Assembly (NCBI GenBank): GCA_000146045.2
Contig: BK006946.2
Span: forward strand, 256,001-320,000
Direction of reading: 5' to 3'
Length of the DNA: 64,000 bases
Source of the DNA: TPA_inf: Saccharomyces
Lineage: Eukaryota
The position numbers and the translations under genes are program-made. The notes below the pieces were generated by a model. The model searched no databases and was not told where the DNA came from. It saw only the letters and a list, made by a program, of their open reading frames with translations. Each line of letters opens with the position of its first letter. Position 1 is the first letter of the stretch. Positions 56,156 to 64,000 of this stretch are shown one piece after another.

Positions 56156-59005
56156 ATGAGTATCAATCATGAAATATATTATATACTTGTATTTGAGCAT
56201 CGTTCAGTAGCAATCAAGCTCATCATCGTAGTGATTGTTCTCCTTCAGTTTTTTTTAGCACGAAGTCGGCAAATTGATAGGACATGGGCCCATACTAATA
56301 GAAAGGAACGGTTCAGAGAAATGACAGCTATCGGGAATACTGATGATGCACTTGATACTAGTACAGCCGCAAGTAAAGAAAATGGAAAAGGTAGACTCAG
56401 GGTTCAAAAAGCTTGTGAACTTTGCAAGAAGAGAAAGGTTAAATGCGACGGTAACAATCCTTGTCTGAACTGCTCTAAACATCAAAAAGAATGCCGTTAT
56501 GATTTCAAAGCTACAAACCGTAAAAGAAGAAGACGACAGGTCGCATCAGCTGTTCGGGACGTTAGTAAGACATATGCAGAAACCAGTGAGTCTTTTCCTA
56601 GGGACTTGTTAAGTAAATCAAATATTATCATAAATGCCCCCTCAGATGGTGTATCTTCGTCTGCTAGCAACTCTCCCAATCCAAATTCACATTATCATCA
56701 TATATCATCCACTTTACCCTTCATGAGCGGTAGGCCAAACCATACATTCCATTCCGGAAGCAACTTAAATGGAGAAAATAACAATAACAGTTTTCCGGAG
56801 GATCACATGGCTAAATTACTTCTGCAATTGAGTTCAAAATTGGGGAATACGACCAAGGAATCGTCAATTAGAACAACTAGAACCAATGCTAGTGATGTGA
56901 ATGCAAACCCGACAGTGGTCAACATGAAAAATAGTCAGGAAGACTGTGACACGAATCACAGGTCTGCAATATGTGACTCTGCAGAGGCTCTTCATAATAA
57001 CAACATCAATTCTAAAGAGAATAAGATAATCAACTCTCAAATAACTAACACTGTTAATGATCACTTTGAATCACCCTGGCAGACATTTTCTTTAGATAAG
57101 TATAGGTTTCACCGACGCTACCAAAATATTCTGCCCTATTACCTTGGTGTATCTATTTTAAAGGATCTATCTCCGCAGACAATAGAGTACGCGAAGTTGA
57201 AAAGGCCAAGAGTTCAAAACTATGGTTGGAACTTGTCAGGAGGCCATTACTTAAAGTATAAGGGTGACTTTAGAAGCCAAGAAAAAAATATAAGGCATGA
57301 GTCTAAATTTTTCGACTTTGATGACCCTGTTCACTTATCCTTAATCAATAAGTTACTAAGGTATTATTTTGATGAGATCAATCCTGTTTTCAGTATCATT
57401 CACGAAGCGACATTTTGGCAGCAATATAACAATAAATTTCTACGGCAAGGTAAACAAAATAATTCATCTGCGAATCTATTCACTTCCATGCTTTATCTAA
57501 TTTTGTCTACTACACTAAGATTCAGAGAAGGGCATCTAGATGGTCAGAAAGGGCAAGGAACCTACAGTAACACATCCTTAAATATCACATTCGAGGAAAA
57601 ATCTATTTTGATCAAAAAACCCTCCATAGAGGAAAATTTATTCAAATACGCTTATTTAATAATCAACACGCTGACCTTTGAGTGGGAATCATTCGAACTA
57701 ATACAATCGTGGCTTTTGATAACCTTCTATTTCAGAACCTGTTACAGACAGACGGCGTGCTGGAACGCGTTAAGTCAAGCGGTGAACATGTGTAATGGGA
57801 TGAGTCTATATTTAAACAAATTTCCTGAGATCCATTCCACTTATGATGAATCAAAAGCATGGCATTGTTTCTGGTGTTGTTTTATAATGGATAAGTTGAT
57901 AAGTTTTCAAATGGGTCGATTCTACCAACTATCATTACCCGCGAGCGAGATGTGCGAACAGATGAATCTAGTGAAGTCAAAGAAATTTTTACAAGAAGAA
58001 GATGATTGGTTTCACGAAGAGACTTTTCAAATGCTTGATTTGTCCATAATAGTGACACAGTTTTTAAAAAGAGACGCACAGGATTTAAATTTGAACGAGA
58101 CCGTGCAATTGCGCAGCCAACTTGGTCAATGGTATGACACCTTTATAGTTGGAAGTCAAACCAATGCGTACGACGACAATTATCGTTACTTCTATCAAGT
58201 TCAACCATTCATGACATACCTGGATATAAGGCTGACTTTCGAAGTAAGACAATTATTTTGTCTAATCGCCCCCTCATCTACCGCAAATAATAAATCCCTA
58301 GAATATGTCGTCGATACTGAATTGTTAATTTCTCATTGTCAAATGGCTATTGAAAATTTGGCTGAAATTACGAGAAGTAATCTTTTCTTTGTTCCGTGGT
58401 GGTTAAACCTTTCTCAACTATTCACGGTAAATTTAATATGTATTATCTACCTGCACGCAGGGATTGCCGTAACTCAAAATAAAGCTATCATGCAAAGCTG
58501 CCAAGAAATATGGCGAACCTTAGAGTGCTCTAAGCCAAAAAATCGGCCTTCAATGCTTCCTGAGTGCTTGTGGTGTTTGAAAATGCTGAATCATATGTTC
58601 TGCATACGACTGAGAGATTCTGCTTTGCAATTGGAAGCTACTCTCGGAACTGATCATGGTGATGACACCCCTAATAGAAATAAGTTTGAGCAGTTCAAGA
58701 AAGTTGGCGATAATGATGCGGATGTTGAAGTTGATGCTGGTGAAAGAGAAGAAAATGCTGATGAAAGACAAGAAAATCCACATAACAATAGCAAAAGAGT
58801 ACCATTAGCTACTAGGTCTCATAATACCACTAACTTCGACGGTTCAATCGCAATTTCTCCGGAAAGTGCAGTAGCAAATCTAGGTACTGATACTGGATTG
58901 CCCTCAGATGTTCTTGATACTGTCAGTAAAATAGGGAACTCTCCTAATGTGTTTGATGATGATTTATTTTCCAATTTATTATGGTTTGACCAAAATTTTG
59001 CATAA
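56156..59005 (+). CDS. STB4: STB4; Zn(II)2Cys6 binuclear-cluster transcription factor, 949 aa
   Basis: It has the Zn2Cys6 motif CELCKKRKVKCDGNNPCLNCSKHQKEC and a fungal-specific transcription-factor middle homology region. Confidence 0.88.
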   Translation: MSINHEIYYILVFEHRSVAIKLIIVVIVLLQFFLARSRQIDRTWAHTNRKERFREMTAIGNTDDALDTSTAASKENGKGRLRVQKACELCKKRKVKCDGNNPCLNCSKHQKECRYDFKATNRKRRRRQVASAVRDVSKTYAETSESFPRDLLSKSNIIINAPSDGVSSSASNSPNPNSHYHHISSTLPFMSGRPNHTFHSGSNLNGENNNNSFPEDHMAKLLLQLSSKLGNTTKESSIRTTRTNASDVNANPTVVNMKNSQEDCDTNHRSAICDSAEALHNNNINSKENKIINSQITNTVNDHFESPWQTFSLDKYRFHRRYQNILPYYLGVSILKDLSPQTIEYAKLKRPRVQNYGWNLSGGHYLKYKGDFRSQEKNIRHESKFFDFDDPVHLSLINKLLRYYFDEINPVFSIIHEATFWQQYNNKFLRQGKQNNSSANLFTSMLYLILSTTLRFREGHLDGQKGQGTYSNTSLNITFEEKSILIKKPSIEENLFKYAYLIINTLTFEWESFELIQSWLLITFYFRTCYRQTACWNALSQAVNMCNGMSLYLNKFPEIHSTYDESKAWHCFWCCFIMDKLISFQMGRFYQLSLPASEMCEQMNLVKSKKFLQEEDDWFHEETFQMLDLSIIVTQFLKRDAQDLNLNETVQLRSQLGQWYDTFIVGSQTNAYDDNYRYFYQVQPFMTYLDIRLTFEVRQLFCLIAPSSTANNKSLEYVVDTELLISHCQMAIENLAEITRSNLFFVPWWLNLSQLFTVNLICIIYLHAGIAVTQNKAIMQSCQEIWRTLECSKPKNRPSMLPECLWCLKMLNHMFCIRLRDSALQLEATLGTDHGDDTPNRNKFEQFKKVGDNDADVEVDAGEREENADERQENPHNNSKRVPLATRSHNTTNFDGSIAISPESAVANLGTDTGLPSDVLDTVSKIGNSPNVFDDDLFSNLLWFDQNFA

Positions 59006-59343
59006 GGATTCTTTTTCTATTCCATAAAACCATTTTATGGACACGTTTACCTACATATTATTATATTGTATATAAGATGTTGAAAAAATTGAGTCAACCT
59101 CACCTTACCACATGTTGGTCCGTTGCTATGACAAACTCTCGTTTTACAAGAAGGAGGCTCAAATTTCGGGTCACCCACCCATATACGGATGTCACGCTAT
59201 GAGATCTTTTAAACAATAGACAATTTTTGGTATCCTAAAGATATAAAAGAGGAGTTTTTTTAAACCATGGTAACTATTTTCAAATTTGCTCTGCTGCAGT
59301 TTTTTATTTCTGTTTTTCTTTTTTTGTTCCCAACAAGAAGTGA

Positions 59344-60903
<1,560 letters not shown>

Positions 60904-61164
60904 AATCTATTTTTTCGAAATTACTTACACTTTTGACGGCTAGAAAAGGATATACATACATATTAAAATTTTTAGTAACACTCTGTGCTTTTTCAAAAAT
61001 TTGAGGTACACCTAATTCTCCCACTTGTTGCTTATACCAAGTTTGAACAATTTTAATGTTAAGCACAATAGATTGGAATATTATCATATGGTGGTTCAGA
61101 GAGTAGTAGGGTGCATTTTCATTCCTGTTGCCTCAATGTGTTTTCTATCTGTATTTACGTGATT

Positions 61165-62418
61165 TTATGAAGTGGTGGCATCGCTTAGATGTGGTGCATA
61201 ATTAGAGACTAATTTTTGAAACCACGCATGAATGTCAAGTAATTCTAACTGAGCATCTGTCATCAATGGCACTTGCAACTTCAAAAAATCCCACCAATAT
61301 TTTGACGGCACCAATTTACCTTTGAATTTTATTTGAGTTTTCCTTGTTAATCTTGCATTCAGAATTCCATAGAAAAAGAATTTTTCAAATGGAATTATAT
61401 TTGTAGAGTGAGAAAAACATCCATCACAAGTGCAGTTATCCGGAGGACATATGCATTCCTTGTCAGTGCATTTACAATCATCCAAATAATCCATCATCTT
61501 ATCAGTAATTTGAGCTTCACCAATATTGGTTAAAGGAACACCACTTTGTTGAATATAAGAATTCAGTTCCTCTTCGCTTCTATGGATTAGACAATTAACA
61601 CATGGGCAGCTTTCATCTTCACAAGAGCACTGCGTGCTTAAAAAAATGCCCTTATGAGTCAGGACTTCAACTTTCGAAGCAACGTCGCTTGAATGAGGAG
61701 CAGCAATCGTTGTTGTACTTTGTGGGGTGAGTGTTTCTGAACTGTCATGCGCACCAGGAACAGAACTATTGTAGTTTTCTTGTAAAATATCGTTAAAAGC
61801 GGACGTAGATTCCAAGGAGCCGTATGGCGTAAATATGTCATCAGACGGTGCCTTGTTCGTCTTGCCATTAGAAGCTGGGTTCTGTGATTTATCTTTCTTA
61901 CAGCAGTTTGAAAAATGTCGTATAGGCTCCTGTTGAAGCCGGCTTCGCTCTTTCTTCTCACTTGAAGAAGATGACTTGGTAGAGTCCGGAGATATTGTTC
62001 CTGTTGCCGGAGCTTTGGGAGAGTGTTTCCTAAGAAACTCCGTTTCGGTGATATATTTGTTACCATCATCGGTAAATGTGCTAATATCTTTAGGCTCATG
62101 AGCAGTGAAACCTTCCTCCATTAATATATGCAATTTTCCGTTTATCATTCTTGCCTTTCTAACAGCAGAGGCACGTACAAACAGTATTGGCTGTTGATTC
62201 ATTGCGCTGCAGCAGTCACCTTCAATTTGTGCACCATTTTCGTATTCTGTACTTTGCGATGTAGAGTCTACTAAAATAGCGTCTCTGATAGCCATGGGTG
62301 AAGGTCTTCCTCTAGTTCTCACCTTAATTAGCATTCGGTGAGAATGCCTGCATGTTGAAGAGCGATGCCCTCTGATGCACGATGCACACGCATATTTGTT
62401 CCCATTAAATATTATCAT
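61165..62418 (-). CDS. MAC1: MAC1; copper-sensing transcription factor, 417 aa
   Basis: N-terminal copper-fist-like DNA-binding motif (MIIFNGNKYACASCIRGHRSSTCRH) and two C-terminal Cys-rich Cu-binding repeats (CSCEDESCPCVNCLIH; CKCTDKECICPPDNCTCDGCFSH). Confidence 0.92.
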   Translation of the reverse strand: MIIFNGNKYACASCIRGHRSSTCRHSHRMLIKVRTRGRPSPMAIRDAILVDSTSQSTEYENGAQIEGDCCSAMNQQPILFVRASAVRKARMINGKLHILMEEGFTAHEPKDISTFTDDGNKYITETEFLRKHSPKAPATGTISPDSTKSSSSSEKKERSRLQQEPIRHFSNCCKKDKSQNPASNGKTNKAPSDDIFTPYGSLESTSAFNDILQENYNSSVPGAHDSSETLTPQSTTTIAAPHSSDVASKVEVLTHKGIFLSTQCSCEDESCPCVNCLIHRSEEELNSYIQQSGVPLTNIGEAQITDKMMDYLDDCKCTDKECICPPDNCTCDGCFSHSTNIIPFEKFFFYGILNARLTRKTQIKFKGKLVPSKYWWDFLKLQVPLMTDAQLELLDIHAWFQKLVSNYAPHLSDATTS

Positions 62419-62679
62419 CTCTGATAGAGCTTGAAGAACTTACCAGACTGTTTCAAGTTTAAAACAAGGCGCCTCATCGCATCTACCTCACGAAGATGCA
62501 GCAGCTTATTGTCTCGAGATCCTTCTTATAACTCCTTTTCGCCATTACCCGAAAACGAGATTACAGCCTCTAAACCAAGAGCTCGAAAAGCGCCAAAGTA
62601 AACTCTGGCGTTTAGCGTACGAAGGAGATTATCCTAAAAGGAACTTCCCTAGTAATAGTGTAATTTGGAAGGGCATAGC

Positions 62680-63177
62680 ATGTCGAAAACCGCTCAGAAA
62701 CGTCTCCTCAAGGAGCTTCAACAGTTAATTAAAGATTCTCCACCTGGTATAGTGGCTGGTCCCAAATCGGAGAATAACATATTCATTTGGGACTGCCTAA
62801 TTCAAGGGCCTCCAGATACGCCATACGCTGATGGTGTTTTTAATGCTAAGCTAGAGTTTCCTAAAGACTATCCGTTATCTCCACCTAAACTTACTTTCAC
62901 ACCCAGCATACTACATCCAAATATTTATCCAAATGGGGAAGTGTGCATATCCATTCTACACTCCCCTGGTGATGATCCTAACATGTACGAATTAGCGGAA
63001 GAAAGATGGTCGCCAGTGCAAAGTGTAGAAAAAATTCTATTAAGTGTTATGAGCATGTTGAGTGAGCCCAATATCGAAAGTGGTGCCAACATTGATGCTT
63101 GCATCTTGTGGAGAGATAATAGACCTGAATTTGAGAGACAGGTAAAGTTATCCATTTTGAAATCATTAGGATTCTGA
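62680..63177 (+). CDS. UBC7: UBC7; ER-associated-degradation ubiquitin-conjugating enzyme (E2), 165 aa
   Basis: UBC fold with the [15 protein letters not shown] active-site Cys motif and the acidic-loop insertion typical of the Ubc7/UBE2G family. I start it at MSKTAQKRL, 5 codons inside the track ORF. Confidence 0.9.
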
Positions 63178-63436
63178 AAGCAGGTAGCAGGTTAATGATC
63201 ATTTGGTCTTCCTTTTAACTGTTCTCTATATACATAAATAAGCATATCTACCATCTAAAAGAAAGCAAATGTCACATAATAAATATGTTAAAATCTCAAT
63301 GTCTTCCTGGCTTTTCAGGAATTCAAACCATTTCCATTTCGTTGGTGTATAATCAGGGGCCCCTCTACTCTCACCTCTCTGTACCGAAGCGTTAATCAAT
63401 TTTCTTTTATTTATATACACGATGATTGTAACTAGG

Positions 63437-64000
63437 TTATTTTCCTATACAAAATTTGCTGAACACTGAATCTAAGATTTCCTCAATACCAATAGCTTGT
63501 CCTGTTATCTTAGCTATTCCATCGGATGCATACCTCAAATTTTCTGTGGCCAATACTATATCATTATGGAAATCTTTGGATTTGAAAAACTCTTCCAAGC
63601 CGTACAGTACGTCGTTTTTGAGAATCTCTGACACTCTTTTGGAAACAATGACAGGACTTGCATCGGCACTTGATTGAGACAAGCTTTCAAAATTACTTGT
63701 CAAAGTGCTAATTAACGATTCTATTCCCTCCTTGGTCTTACAGGACACGCTTAATATGGGGTACTTTGATCCGAGTCTAGTTTGTAATTTGTTCAAAACT
63801 TTCGTCATCTCATCATCGGAAACTAAGTCGCTCTTATTGACTACAATAATTATTCTCTTATTTCCAAACGTCTTCGATGATAGATGTGCTAATATGTCCT
63901 CAGGCAAAAGTTTTGATAAATCAGTAGGATCTACAATGAATAAACATAAGTCGCTCTGTACACTTTTCTTCTTTGCTCTATCTATACCCAGCATTTCTAT
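63437..64000 (-). CDS. MSS1: MSS1 (mitochondrial MnmE/TrmE GTPase), C-terminal portion only; the gene continues past the window edge
   Basis: TrmE G-domain motifs (IVVNKSDL) are present, along with the family-specific C-terminal CIGK motif (...FSKFCIGK*). The reading frame stays open to position 64000. Confidence 0.85.
   Translation of the reverse strand: MEMLGIDRAKKKSVQSDLCLFIVDPTDLSKLLPEDILAHLSSKTFGNKRIIIVVNKSDLVSDDEMTKVLNKLQTRLGSKYPILSVSCKTKEGIESLISTLTSNFESLSQSSADASPVIVSKRVSEILKNDVLYGLEEFFKSKDFHNDIVLATENLRYASDGIAKITGQAIGIEEILDSVFSKFCIGK

Overview
From gene content, order and encoded protein sequences I recognise this window as the centromere region of Saccharomyces cerevisiae chromosome XIII (about chrXIII 256-320 kb, reference orientation). 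That assignment is my own recollection; no database search was run. It holds about 29 protein-coding genes in the order GIS4 through MSS1, each well separated from its neighbours. It also contains CEN13 with recognisable CDEI, CDEII and CDEIII elements, two tRNA genes (Ser-AGA on the minus strand, Glu-UUC on the plus strand), and a seven-member polycistronic box C/D snoRNA cluster (snR78 to snR72) between SEC59 and BUD22. Two of those snoRNAs have guide sequences I could match to 18S rRNA from memory. The adjacent ORFs YML003W and YML002W together look like the frameshifted VRL1 gene (the VARP-like Vps9-domain GEF that is a pseudogene in S288C-type strains). PLB2 and PLB1 are tandem paralogs. 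I see no Ty element, CRISPR array or prophage, and no convincing evidence of an undescribed system; this reads as an ordinary, well-characterised housekeeping region. Smaller points of interest: Mig1 and Rgt1 motifs in the HXT2 promoter; a telomere-like G-rich tract with a Reb1-like site in the ERG5 promoter; a (Ser-Ala)n-encoding hexamer repeat in PLB1; a 50-nt perfectly identical tract shared by PLB1 and PLB2; an acceptor-stem A-G mismatch in the tRNA-Glu copy; and a GC-richer island with an uncharacterised 155-aa ORF between PLB1 and ADI1. Coordinates I derived by hand-counting printed lines (tRNAs, CEN elements, snoRNAs, motifs) may be off by 1-2 nt.
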